Below, one piece after another: positions 1 through 11,320 of a stretch of DNA of 64,000 bases. The notes below the pieces were generated by a model. The model saw nothing but the letters and a program-made list of their open reading frames with translations, had not been told where the DNA came from and searched no databases. This DNA comes from Podarcis bocagei (taxonomy: Eukaryota). Each line of letters starts with the position of its first letter. Positions within the stretch are counted from its first letter, which is position 1. Where the stretch lies: NCBI GenBank assembly GCA_964188305.1, contig OZ076893.1, one strand, 5' to 3'. Both the position numbers and the translations under genes were made by a program.

Positions 1-2134
1 GGCCCGCTGGAATGTGGAGTTAACCAGGGCTATTGACTGTTTGGCTCCGAAGCGCCCTCTCCGATTGCATGGAGCCCGGACAGCCCCGTGGTTTTCCACG
101 GATCTGAGGGCAATGAAACAATCGTTGAGACGGCTAGAGCGCCGGTGGCGGATAACTCATTCCGAATCTGACCGGACACAGGTTAGAGCTCAACGTCGAG
201 CCTACCAAGTGGCGATAGCGACGGCGAAGAAGAATTTCTTCACCGCCTCTATTGCATCTGCAGAAAACAGCAGCAGGAGACTTTTTCAGGTGGTTCACAA
301 TTTAGCGGAACCACCTGCAACATCGGGGCCCAGTACGGGCCACATGTTCTCCTGCAATGATTTTGCAAAGTTTTTTGCAGATAAAATCGCCCAGATTCGG
401 GAAGAAGTAGACTCCACCGTGGGAGCAGGGCCGGGGCGGGAGAGTGCTAGAGTTCTGTCTAGTCAAGTTGAGTGGGATCAATTTCAATCTGTTACCTCCG
501 AGGATGTGGACAGGCTGCTTGGACGAGTGAAACCAACCACCTGTCTCCTGGATCCTTGCCCATCCTGGCTTATAAAAGCTAGCCGGGAAGGACTGGGCGA
601 TGGGCTTCGTGGGGTGGTGAATGCTTCCCTCCGTGAGGGAGCCTTCCCAGACCCGCTGAAAGAGGCGGTTATTAAACCGCTTCTTAAAAAACCATCTTTA
701 GATGCGGCCACGATGGCCAACTATCGCCCAGTCTCAAATCTTCCATTCCTGGGCAAGGTGATTGAGCGAGTGGTTGCTGAACAACTCCAGGCACGCCTGG
801 AAGAAGCGGACCATTTGGATCCCTTCCAGTCGGGATTCAGGCCTCATCATGGGACTGAAACTGCCTTGGTCGCACTGGTTGATGATCTCCGGCGGGCTAG
901 GGACAAAGGTGAGAGCTGTTTCCTAGTTCTGCTGGATCTCTCAGCGGCGTTTGATACCATCGACCATAGCATCCTTCTGGACCGTCTTGAGGGGCTGGGA
1001 GCTGGGGGCACTGTTATACAGTGGTTCCGCTCCTTCCTCCTGGGCCGTGTTCAGAAAGTGGTGGTGGGGGATGAGTGTTCAGACCCTTGGGCCCTCACTT
1101 GTGGGGTGCCTCAGGGTTCTGTCCTCTCCCCCATGCTTTTTAACATCTATATGAAGCCGCTGGGAGAGATCATCAGGAGGTTTGGGCTGGGTGTTCATCA
1201 GTATGCGGATGACACCCAGCTCTACCTCTCTTTTAAATCAGAACCAGTGAAGGCGGTGAAGGTCCTGTGTGAGTGTCTGGAGGCGGTTGGAGGATGGATG
1301 GCGGCTAACAGATTGAGGTTGAATCCTGACAAGACAGAAGTACTGCTTTTGGGGGACAGGAGGCGGGCAGGTGTGGAGGATTCCCTGGTCCTGAATGGGG
1401 TAACTGTGCCCCTGAAGGACCAGGTGCGCAGCCTGGGAGTCATTTTGGACTCACAGCTGTCCATGGAGGCACAGGTCAAATCTGTGTCCAGGGCAGCTGT
1501 TTACCAGCTCCATCTGGTACGTAGGCTGAGACCCTATCTGCCTGCGGACTGTCTCGCCAGAGTGGTGCATGCTCTGGTTATCTCCCGCTTGGACTACTGC
1601 AATGCGCTCTACGTGGGGCTACCTTTGAAGGTGACGCGGAAACTACAACTAATCCAGAATGCGGCAGCTAGACTGGTGACTGGGAGCGGCCACCGAGACC
1701 ATATAACACCGGTCTTGAAAGACCTGCATTGGCTCCCAGTACGTTTCCGAGCACAATTCAAAGTGTTGGTGCTGACCTTTAAAGCCCTAAACGGCCTCGG
1801 TCCAGTATACCTGAAGGAGCGTCTCCACCCCCATCAGTCTGCCCGGACGCTGAGGTCCAGCGCCGAGGGCCTTCTGGCGGTTCCCTCACTGCGAGAAGCA
1901 AAGCTACAGGGAACCAGGCAGAGGGCCTTCTCGGTAGTGGCGCCCGCCCTGTGGAACGCCCTTCCAGCAGATGTCAAAGCGATAAACAACTATCTGACAT
2001 TCAGGAGACATCTTAAGGCAGCCCTGTTCAGGGAAGTTTTTAACGTGTGACATTTTACTGTATTTTTGGTTTTTATGGAAGCCGCCCAGAGTGGCTGGGG
2101 AGGCCCAGCCAGATGGGCGGGGTATAAATAATAA

Positions 2135-2166
<32 letters not shown>
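1..2166 (+). mobile_element. Young L2 LINE (5' part outside window) with 3' UTR and (TTA)n tail
   Basis: ORF2 followed by a short 3' UTR (gccgcccagagtggctggg...gggcggggtataaat) and a (TTA)n tail at ~2135-2166. Confidence 0.92.
2..2050 (+). CDS. L2-clade LINE ORF2, 3' part (reverse transcriptase and C-terminal region); frame open from the window edge
   Basis: Stop-free frame from position 2 to TGA at 2050; the GTG at 14 is not the true start. Non-LTR RT motifs NYRPVSNLPFLGKVIE, QSGFR, LDLSAAFDT, GVPQGSVLSP, YADD; L2-type C-terminus SRLDYCNALY, HITPVLKDLHWLP, RAFSVVAPALWN. Confidence 0.95.
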   Translation, partial: ARWNVELTRAIDCLAPKRPLRLHGARTAPWFSTDLRAMKQSLRRLERRWRITHSESDRTQVRAQRRAYQVAIATAKKNFFTASIASAENSSRRLFQVVHNLAEPPATSGPSTGHMFSCNDFAKFFADKIAQIREEVDSTVGAGPGRESARVLSSQVEWDQFQSVTSEDVDRLLGRVKPTTCLLDPCPSWLIKASREGLGDGLRGVVNASLREGAFPDPLKEAVIKPLLKKPSLDAATMANYRPVSNLPFLGKVIERVVAEQLQARLEEADHLDPFQSGFRPHHGTETALVALVDDLRRARDKGESCFLVLLDLSAAFDTIDHSILLDRLEGLGAGGTVIQWFRSFLLGRVQKVVVGDECSDPWALTCGVPQGSVLSPMLFNIYMKPLGEIIRRFGLGVHQYADDTQLYLSFKSEPVKAVKVLCECLEAVGGWMAANRLRLNPDKTEVLLLGDRRRAGVEDSLVLNGVTVPLKDQVRSLGVILDSQLSMEAQVKSVSRAAVYQLHLVRRLRPYLPADCLARVVHALVISRLDYCNALYVGLPLKVTRKLQLIQNAAARLVTGSGHRDHITPVLKDLHWLPVRFRAQFKVLVLTFKALNGLGPVYLKERLHPHQSARTLRSSAEGLLAVPSLREAKLQGTRQRAFSVVAPALWNALPADVKAINNYLTFRRHLKAALFREVFNV

Positions 2167-2360
2167 CTGAAGGTAGTCCTGTATAAATAAGGTTGTTGTT
2201 GTTTTTAAAAAAGTTTATTAAAAAAATATATTTTTATATATGTTGGAAGCTGCCCAGAGTAGCTGGGGCAACTCACTAAGATGCATGGGGTATAAGTAGT
2301 AAAACTATCATTATGGAATGGGATGTCCCTATTTTTATCAGAGAAATGTTGGAGGGTATA
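2167..2360 (-). mobile_element. Partial copy of chimeric hAT-like element (CATACCCTCCAAC terminus plus internal L2 3' end)
   Basis: Reverse complement of 35620-35820: terminus ataccctccaacatttctctgat...aatagggac joined to a degenerate L2 tail. Confidence 0.7.
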
Positions 2361-2627
2361 GGCTTTGTAACTGCTGCCAAATACAAAATCAGTGCATACA
2401 ATGAAATATTTAACTGCATTCATAGTGTCCTTCAAGGCTGATTTAATTTTATACAGGCATTCTTTTATCTGCAATACACACAAAAGTACTGAGGTAACAT
2501 TTATTTCAAAATTCAGGTAAAAAAATAGCCTATTTTTCAATTTAGGGTTCTCTTGGTTTTTTGTTTTTTTTTAAAAAACACCAAATACAACATATTGCAT
2601 TTTTCAACATATTGCATTTTTTAAAAA

Positions 2628-2710
2628 AGAATTCACATGGAAGCTCAGAAAGAATTCATATGGAAGCTCAGAAAACATAAGAAAGAATTCATATGGAAGC
2701 TAAGAAAACA
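2628..2710. repeat. Short tandem repeat, 3 copies of ~24 bp (aagaattcatatggaagctcagaa)
   Basis: Directly visible, with an imperfect spacer. Confidence 0.75.
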
Positions 2711-4379
2711 GATTTTTCTCCAAAGGAAACACTACATTTTTAATTAGCTTTATCCTAATTTGAGGTTAATCCTGGCTAACTGATTTGCATATCCTTTCCC
2801 CATGGGCAGGAAAGTAGGAGCAAATATTGAATTCTAGATAGCTGAGTTCTTCTTTGTAAGAAAAAATGAAATGCAAAGCGTATTTTAAAGACTATATTTG
2901 GGTTAGGAAATTAAGTTACCACGTTTGTTTCTGAAAAATTAAAATAAGGTGTACCCTAGCCATTTCAGATCCAAAAGCAGCTTTCAGTGTTAGAGGATAA
3001 ATTGCCAGATTTTAAGTGTTGTTGTTTTTTATAAAAAAGGAAGCTAGTTGACATAATATATTCATGTATGTGTAATAATTCTCATTTCCATATGCCTTGC
3101 TCCACAAAAGCAAAACAGATTATTTTTAATGGACACAATGCTCCGTCACAATAATTTCTGTCTGCCCTAACAATAGCTCTTTGAGATAAGGCACTCTTCA
3201 CATTATAAAGGCGGAAAGCTAATGACTTAAATTACATAGTTGGAGAGGGCCTTGGAAGCCACCTGGGAACGTTGAGAACTGTAGTTTGTTAAATGGTACT
3301 GAGAGTTGCTAGGATACCTTTAACGAACTACAGTTCCAAGGACTCTTTGAGGGAAGCCATGACAGTTAAAGTGGTATAAGAGGGATTTTAAAGTATGGTG
3401 TGGATGTGTCCCAACTCCATACTTGATTCAGACAGTCCAGAGCTCTAGAGCATCTCCAACAGATTTGCTCAAGACCCCTGGTCTTAGTCTGTGGCAGAAA
3501 TAAAATTTCCACCAAAAATACCTGATGTGCAGTGTGCTTAACTCAATGAGATTAGTGCAGAATTATGTATCCTAATCATTGGATGTTACTTTTTGTGCTG
3601 TAAGTTGCCGTTCACCAAGAGTGTCCTCAGCATAGGTGCCCCTGAAAATGCTGGGATGATCATGAAAACCCCCAAGACAGAGGTTTTCAACCGTTTCGGG
3701 TCCATGTCTCCCTTGATCAACAGCATTCTTCCTGTGGCACCCCTGTGAGGCTCAGGAGCCCAGTTATGTCACCCCTTGCCTGCAGAGCTGGCAGCCCCTC
3801 ACAGCTTTTTGAACAACCTTCCTTGTGGAGTGTTCCATCAACCTTCTTTCTCCTCTCCTTGGGAGTCCTCTGGGCAGCCGCTGCTGCTACCCCCTGGTCT
3901 CTGAGCTGCCCCCACCCCAAAGAGAGGTGCCTCCTCACTCTGCCCCACAGGAATCTGCGAAGAGGATGCCCCCAGCCTTAGTGGAGACTGGCCAAAGGTG
4001 AACATGAGGCCACCGTCTTATGCACCTTGGGAGGCAGCAGTGGGCGCCACTGTACCAGAATGGCAAAACGGCTCCCCTTCAGTGCCAGAAACTCAGGTCC
4101 CTGGTAGGCACTGCACACAGCACAAGAAAGGCAACATAGTGTCTGCCTGCCTGCCCAGCCTCCCACTTGGCTGTCCATTCCCAACAGCAAGGGTTGGTGG
4201 GCTGGCTGGCTGGGCTCCCTCACTTGCTTGCTTATTCCAAGGCCACTTCGGTTCCCTTCCCCAGGGCTACAACTGTTTTGCACAAAGTTATGGCAACTTG
4301 GTTGGGCTTTCAGAGGATCTCCTGTGTGCTGTGGCTTTTCCACTCACCAAGGCCATGTTAAAAACTAGGCTGTGGGATA

Positions 4380-4791
4380 CAGTGGTACCTCGGGTTACAT
4401 ACGCTTCAGGTTACAGACTCTACTAACCCAGAAATAGTACCTCGGCTTAATAACTTTGCTTCAGGATGAGAACAGAAATCGTGCAGCCGCGGCATGGTGG
4501 CAACAGGAGTCCCCATTAGCTAAAGTGGTGCTTCAGGTTAAGAACAGTTTCAGGTTAATAATAATAATAATTTATTTTTACCCCGCCCATCTGTCTGGGT
4601 CCCCCCAGCCAGTCTGGGCCGCTTCCAACAAAACACTAAAATACAATAACCTATTAAACATTAGAAGCTTTCCTAAACAGGGCTGCCTTTAGATGTCTTC
4701 TAAAAGTTTGGTAGTTATTTTTCTCGTTGACATCTGGTCAAAGAGACCAAACCTCCAGAACGAATTAAGTACTTAACCCGAGGTACCACTG
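4380..4791 (+). mobile_element. Tc1/mariner (Tigger/pogo-like) MITE containing an L2 3' end
   Basis: TIRs CAGTGGTACCTCGGGTT / AACCCGAGGTACCACTG with TA on both sides. Confidence 0.85.
4557..4738 (-). mobile_element. 5'-truncated L2 3' end
   Basis: Reverse complement of L2 ~1965-2150, with (TAA)n tail. Confidence 0.85.
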
Positions 4792-5828
4792 TATTGACCA
4801 CCAGGAATTAATCTCAGCTGCGAAAAAAAACATGTTCCCCTCTTTATTTTCGACTCTCCTGGGCACAGGAATTTAACCTTAATTATTTACAATTTTTGTT
4901 TAGCCCGCAAAAAAGAAGGGCTTTTCACTGGCTAGGTTCAATTGTAATCATTCTAACCTGCTTTGGGGTAGGTTTGCAGGTATGGCAGAAGGAGACAGGA
5001 TCTGCCCATGTGATGCCCACCTGGTGGAAACTCTAGCTCACATGGCCCTTAATGGTAAAATATATGAAGATCTCCGCCATATATGAAGATCTCCGCCAAC
5101 AATTCTTAGACCACCTATGTATCCCAACATGGAAACCAGAGACAGAGGTTATACACTTCTTATTACAGGGGAGAGACCAGGAGCTCACCAAGACAGTAAC
5201 CAAGTTCCTCTATTTAATTTTCTGCCACTGAAGTACGCTACAGGACCCTGCCCTTGCCGGAGTCCCACAGAGGTGAAAAAGATTGCTTGCCTCTTCTTCC
5301 CTTTGGCAAATGACTGTACTGTTGAAATGGCAATGAGATTGCATTGGCCTATTTATTCTGAATGTTTGTAAGTGATGCCAATAAAGTTTTGAGGATGACG
5401 ATGATGATGAGTTCCTGGCAACCAGCACCCCTTGGCCAGCCCCAGAGGCACATTTCGCCTGAAGAGCTTGTAGCCAGGGTTGCTGCAACAAACAGCTGTT
5501 CAAGCCTTTGGGAGGCAGAGACATGAGAAGGCATCAGAGGAAGGAAGGGCAGGAAAGAGGAATAGAGGTCAATGTTGCCCGCAGAAGCCCTGACCATCAT
5601 TCAAGGCACCCCAGGATGCCATGGCACACTGGTTGTAAACCACTGCCTTAAGACATCACGGTTTCTCACTTGGTCATGGACGATCCCAAATCCATTGGGA
5701 TCCTTACCAAAACTTAGTTAGTGCTTACCAGGCTTTGGTGGGTGGACACTAGGAAGAGCTCTATTTCTTTGCCGGAAGGCAGCAAAGAAATAACCCACAG
5801 CCACCTTGAGCAGTTCTTAGGTAACTTA

Positions 5829-5997
5829 CCGTATTTTTCGCTCTATAACACGCACTCGACCATAACACGCATGTAGTTTTTAGAGGAGGAAAGTCCGTAG
5901 GCATGCCACCTGTAGGCATTCCCTCTGTAACACGCTCAGACATTTCCCCTTACTATTTAGGAGGAAAAAAGTGAGTGTTATGGTGCAAAAAATACGG
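5829..5997. mobile_element. Tc1/mariner (Tc2/pogo-like) MITE
   Basis: TIRs CCGTATTTTT...AAAAATACGG flanked by TA at 5827-5828 and 5998-5999. Confidence 0.85.
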
Positions 5998-7019
5998 TAA
6001 GTTCCAGACCCCCCGCTGCTGCCTGCCAAAATACAAATTACTGGAAATGTGTTAAAACCAGTAGAATTTTGCCAATATTTTCGCAGGACAAATGTGGGCC
6101 CATAAAACCAGGGACAATTTCCTAGCACACCTTTAACTTGTTTCCAGATATGAATATGCTTGCAGGCACAAGAATATGGAAAACTGAATGATTAAAATTC
6201 CAACAAGTTCTCTACACAGCTTCCAAACAAGGAGAAAAGAGATATGAAAGCATCAAATACTCATTTTTGCCAGACGTTCCCTTTACCTGGCAGCATTTAA
6301 AAAGTAATTAACCAGAAGTCCAGTGGCTACACCTAGGTTTAAAAAAGCATGGCCAGCAAGAAAATGAACCCATTTGGGGCAAGATTAAACCTTGGTGCTC
6401 TTGGGCACTAAATGAGCAAGAGATAAGAAAGCATGAAGTGAAACTGTCTGCTTTGATGAAACACTCTTTGGAAGATTGAAAATTTTCAAGAGCACATAAA
6501 GGAGCGTAAAACTTTAGAACGAATGCAAGATAGTAAAGAATTAAACAAGTTATAACCCATCCTTGCACAGTCTGTGACCCATACCAAGTCAAAAGCAGCC
6601 AATCCGTCATGGTGGTCCACCAGCAGCTGAATAAATCTGTCTAGGCCTGCAGATCAGGAGGGACAGAAAATGCTAGCAGTCTATATCAACGACACATGCC
6701 TGGTAGGCTATGTTAGGCCTCCTGGATCCCAAATTGTCCTGGCTTGCTGCAACCTGTTGTATATTTCAGCAGGTTGGATGGCACAAACAGCATATTCTTT
6801 GGACTTTGGCTCCTTCATATCCATGACATGTTGTATTTCAAATTCGGGGTATATCTTTAGTAGGGATGTAGTGATCTGTCAGTTTTGGTTCTCTCGGTTT
6901 CTCTTTCTTCCATTCTTAAATCCCCCACCCACCCAACACATTTCTGCAGTAATTTTCTTTGCCAGGAGTAGGCAATATGATTCCCTCCAGAGGTTGTTTG
7001 TCTCCAACTTCAATTAAGA

Positions 7020-7383
7020 TAAAGGTTAAGGACCCCTGGAGGGTTAAGTCCAGTCAAAGGAGACTATGGGGTTGTGGTGCTCATCTTGCTTTCAGGCCGA
7101 GGGAGCTGGTGTTTGTCCACAGACAGCTTTCCGGGTCATAAACCACCTCTGGCACAACGGAACACCGTGATGGAAACCACAGTTGACAGAAATGCCATTT
7201 ACCTTTCCACCGCAGCAGTACCTATTTATCTACTTGCACTGACATGCTTTCGAACTGCTAGGTTGGCAGGAGCTGGGACAGAGTAACGGGAGCTCACCCC
7301 GTCACAGGGATTCAAACCACTGACCTTCTGATCGGGAAGCTCAAGAGGCTCATTGATTTAGACCACAGCGCTACCCGCATCCC
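7020..7383 (-). mobile_element. Sauria SINE
   Basis: tRNA-like head at right (gggatgcgggtagcgctgtgg on minus strand), ACCTTT-type tail at left; homologous to 12912-13259 and 54328-54716. Confidence 0.85.
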
Positions 7384-7725
7384 TGTCCAACCTTTACCAA
7401 CTTGAATTAGCTGCACCCAACATGGTCAATGGTCCACCAACAGCTGAAGACCCCCTCATTGGCTACTCCTGTGCACTACCATTTTAGGCAGTTTACTGTG
7501 AAATCCTAACACAGAATCTGCAAGGAGGAGGCAAATCCTGGGCAGTTCCAGCTGAGCTGTGGCTATGCCAGCGTGACATTGTCAGCCAGTAAGTCCCCCA
7601 AAGGGGCATGGATGTGTTGGGATGGGACAAAGAGAGACTTCTATTCATTCCAAACCTCTTACACCTCAGTCAAGTCACCTGAAAACCCAGTGGAACTTTG
7701 CTAGCAAAAAGTGTGGTGTTAGTCA

Positions 7726-8220
7726 ATCTCTCTTGGACTATTGCAATGCGCTCTACGTTGGGCTACCTTTGAAGGTGACCCAGAAACTACAATTAATCCT
7801 GAATGCAGCATCTAGAGTGGTGACTGGGAGTGGCCACCAAGACCATATAACACCAGTCCTGAAATACCTACATTGGCTCCCAGTACATTTCCAATCACAA
7901 TTAAAATGTTGGTGCTGACCTTTAAAGCCCTAAACGGCCTTGGACCAGTAGACCTGAAGGAGCGTCTCCACTCCCATCATTCAGCCCAGACACTGAGGTC
8001 CAGTTCTAAAGGTCTTCTTTTGGTTCCCTCACTGTGAGAAGTGAGGTTACAGGGAACCAGGCAGAGAGCCTTCTTGGTAGTGGCACCCATCCTGTGGAAT
8101 CTCCTCACATCAGATGTCAAGGAAATATGCTTGATGTTTTATCGCGTTTTTAATATTGTGTTTAGAGTCACCCAGAATGGCTGGGGAATCCCAGCCAGAA
8201 GGGCAGGGTATAAATATATT

Positions 8221-8268
<48 letters not shown>

Positions 8269-8308
8269 ATTACCACTACTACTACTATTATTATTACTAT
8301 TACTATAT
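7726..8308 (+). mobile_element. 5'-truncated degenerate L2 with (GTT)n/(ACT)n tail
   Basis: Aligns to L2 ~1582-2135 (LDYCNALYVGLPLKVT...), with a frameshift and an internal deletion. Confidence 0.9.
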
Positions 8309-8749
8309 TTTAAAGGCTTGTTTTTTCTTGGCCTGGCTCAGCTGCAAGTAGCCCCACTCCTGAACAGAGTTTGGAATCAAGGGTAAAGTTTGCCAACTTA
8401 AGACAGATGATGATGATGATGATTGGCATTGCTGACTGCCTCTGGTTAGGATCAACAGAACAACAAAAAGAGCAGTCAAGTCCTACTGGTTTAAACAGGG
8501 CTTATTCTATGTATGCATGCATAGGATTTATTATTATTATTGTTGTGTTGTTGTTGTTGTTTTTATTAAGGGTTTTCTTGGGGTACAGAAGTACATACAT
8601 CATCTCAACGTTCAGATTATAAAGTCCTTTTTACAGATCAGCTATATTCGATGCTAGACTTCAGTAATGTGCATAGTATAAGGTGGGGGGAATAGGTTGG
8701 GGGAGAGATTGGGGAGCAAGGCAGCTGCACTGACTTGGAATTTAAGTCT

Positions 8750-9480
8750 TGCGTGGCAAGACCCTCAAGCCAACCCCCCATTAGCATAAAGAAATTCACA
8801 GAGACACAGAATTTTTGTTTAAGGTTATTGGGCAATTTTTTTGGCCACAACTTTATTGATTACAGGAAATGAGAGCGGTATTGGCTTAGGCATTGGCAAA
8901 AGACTATCTCTGACTCCTGCCCCCTTTGCAGAAAGTCTGTAAGGGTAAACCACCTGAAGGGAAATTGCTTCAGGGGAACCTGTGGGCATCTCCCCTGGTG
9001 TTCCCAGAGGCCTGGCATGGCCCTAGCCCCTCAAGCGGATCCAGGCCCTGGATTCCTTTAACGGAATACCCTTGAAATGCAGGGGCAGGCGATGGCTGAC
9101 CTCCCCGTCCTATACTCAACAACAAGCCAATGCCTAACTGCCAAACCTTACAAAGTTATGACGATTGCTAAGAGGTAGGCAAAAACCAAGTGGCCCATGC
9201 CAATTCGCCAAATGGAGAAATTCCTACCCGGTCTCCAACCCAAGACAGGCAACCAACCAAAGTCCAAAGCGAGGCCAAAGGACACTTAAATTAAAGGGAG
9301 GGTGGGCGGGTGTTCAGTAGCACAAAGCAGGTGCCTGGCACACGTTGCACTGCCACCATGACGTGAGGGTGATGGCTCCACCCACGCCAGGGTGGTGGTG
9401 GGGAAACACCAGGTTGAGGGCCTGCCCGCAACCAGGGCCATCTATTAAGATGATCCCACTTATTGAACAGAACGAGACAA
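8750..9480 (-). mobile_element. Unclassified LTR-like or DIRS/Ngaro-like repeat, copy 1
   Basis: Shares GGCCACAACTTTATT (AATAAAGTTGTGGCC on minus), CCTGGATTCCTTTAAC, AACCTTACAA and a GGGAG-GTGGGCGGGTG-like block with copies at ~25 kb and ~49 kb; boundaries approximate. Confidence 0.6.
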
Positions 9481-9617
9481 CAGAAATCCTATGCAAGCTT
9501 ACTTTGGAGTAAGTTCTTGGATTCAGTGGTGTTACTTCTGAATAAGCAGCCAAAAATTTGTGCTATAACCTAGTTAAAATAAAATGTGTAATCAGCATTT
9601 TTTTTTTGCTGCATATA

Positions 9618-10062
9618 CAGTGGTACCTCGAGTTACATATGCTTCAGGTTACATTCCCTTCAGGTTACAGACTCCGCTAACCCAGAAATAGTACCTCGGG
9701 TTAAGAACTTTGTTTCAGGATGAGAACATAAATTGTGCTCCAGTGGTGCGGCAGCAGTGCGAGGCCCCATTAGCTAAAGTGGTGCTTCAGGTCAAGAAGA
9801 GTTTCGGGTTAAGAACAGACCTCCGGAACGTATTAAGTACTTAACCTGAGGTACCACTGGTACCTCGGGTTAAGTACTTAATTAATTAACTGTTCTTAAG
9901 CTGAAGCACCATTTTAGCTAATGGGGCCTCCCGCTGCCACCGCACAATTTTTGTTCTCATCCTGAAGCAAAGTTCTTAACCTGTGGTACTATTTCTGGGT
10001 TAGCGGAGTCTGCAACCTGAAGCATCTGTAACCTGAAGCATCTGTAACCTAAGGCACCACTG
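9618..10062. mobile_element. Two Tc1/mariner MITEs fused tail-to-tail
   Basis: Plus copy 9618-9859 and minus copy ~9855-10062 share the junction GAGGTACCA-C-TGGTACCTC; TA at both outer ends only. Confidence 0.85.
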
Positions 10063-10914
10063 TAGTTACTGAAAGGAAAAATTATTCAGTCTGTGTGAAT
10101 ACATCTTTTTTATTTTAAAAATTTATGCATTAACTGCATTTGTTGAACAAAAAACCTAGAGGTTATTAATGTCTCCACTATAACACTGCCTTCATGTCTC
10201 TCTATTGAAGTCTGCAGTTGTAAATACTTTGTACAATCCGGCTGGCAGGGTTGGGGGAGGGCAGAAGGCATTAAAAAAAGACACAAACTGTGCCCAAAGG
10301 CTCTCACTTTATGACATGCAGGTTGCCTCGAGGAGCAGCAGAATGAATATCAGACATGTCTGATCACTTTAATGCGATTTATTAGCACTGATGCCTTTGA
10401 AGCAAACCTCCCTTCCATCTTCTGCCTAGAAATAACGAAGAGCGGCTGCCACGGGCTTTCTTGTGGTTTTGTCCCACACAGTTTACCAACAGCTGTTCTG
10501 CAGAAGCAAATATTTCATCGTAACTGGAGTGGGTGTTGAAGTAACTAATATCCAATGTCCCCTAGCAGACGAGGGCTGCTTGGCTTCAGGAAGAAGCTTC
10601 ACGTTACCAGGAGATGCATGGTTGCTGCATATCCAAACATAATGTGTAGTGAGGAAAGGCAACACAGTGCTATTTCATAGGGTTTCGGCTGCTGCAGGTT
10701 TTCGTCATCTTTTGAGTGTTTTAAAAACACCACTATTTAAATGCGTTTTTTACTGCAAATTTTAATATAGTTTGATTCTATTGTATCACATTTTGTAAAC
10801 AGCACAGAGGTTTTCTTCCAGTCAAATAGTATACAAATTTTGTTAAATAAATACATTAAATTAATTTTGTTCTAAAACTGCTTTAACCTGGGAGCTGATT
10901 GTGGAGCTGAGCTG

Positions 10915-10916
10915 AT

Positions 10917-10969
<53 letters not shown>

Positions 10970-11320
10970 ATATAAATATAAATATAAATAACAATTTATT
11001 ATTTATACCCCGCCCATCTGGCTGGGCTTCCCCAGCCACTCTGGGCAGCTTCCAACAAAATATTAAAATACAGTAATGCAACAAACATTAAAAGCTTCCA
11101 TAAACAGGACTGCCTTCAGATGTCTTCTAAAAGTCTGGTAGTTGTTGCACTCTTTGACATCTGGTGGGAGGGCGTTCCACAGGGAAGGTGCCACTACTGA
11201 GAAGGCCCTCTGCCTGGTTCACTGTAACTTCGCTTCTCACAGTGAGGGAACCACCAGAAGGCCCTCAGAGCTGGACCTCAGTGTCCAGGTAGAACGATGG
11301 GGATTGAGACGCTCCTTCAG
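10915..11320 (-). mobile_element. 5'-truncated L2 with (ACT)n microsatellite tail
   Basis: Reverse complement of L2 ~1811-2140 (LKERLNPHRSTWTLRSSSEGLL). Confidence 0.9.

Larger units (their letters stand above)
4270..5410 (+). mobile_element. Degenerate 3' end of an RTE-X-like non-LTR retrotransposon, interrupted by a MITE
   Basis: Reads TKAMLKTRLWD|IDHQEL across the MITE, then (with frameshifts) SLARFN...GRF..DRICPCDAHLVETLAHMAL...YEDLR, a zinc-knuckle-like C-terminus. Ends in AATAAAG plus a (GAT)n tail at ~5380-5410; internal 19-bp tandem duplication at ~5060-5097. Confidence 0.6.
3678..5645 (+). mobile_element. Non-autonomous hAT element split by ~1.46 kb of nested insertions
   Basis: 3678-~3952 and ~5411-5645 match the two halves of the intact copy at 59789-60299 (reverse complement). 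Termini CAGAGGTTTTCAACC and GGTTGTAAACCACTG; 8-bp flanks ccccaaga/ccttaaga. Confidence 0.8.

Noticed and set aside
2588-2710. CRISPR-like spaced repeats
   Set aside because: Eukaryotic context, only 2-3 units, no regular unique spacers; simple slippage duplications.
6180-6560. Purine-rich, coding-like stretch (EIRKHEVKLSALMK / ENFQEHIKERKTLERMQDSKEL)
   Set aside because: Stops in all plus frames and no parent gene recognised; cannot be called a pseudogene without BLASTX.
8041-8386. ORFs with poly-V/L tracts resembling TM or signal peptides (also 10872, 15626, 59048-59442)
   Set aside because: These are translations of trinucleotide microsatellites.
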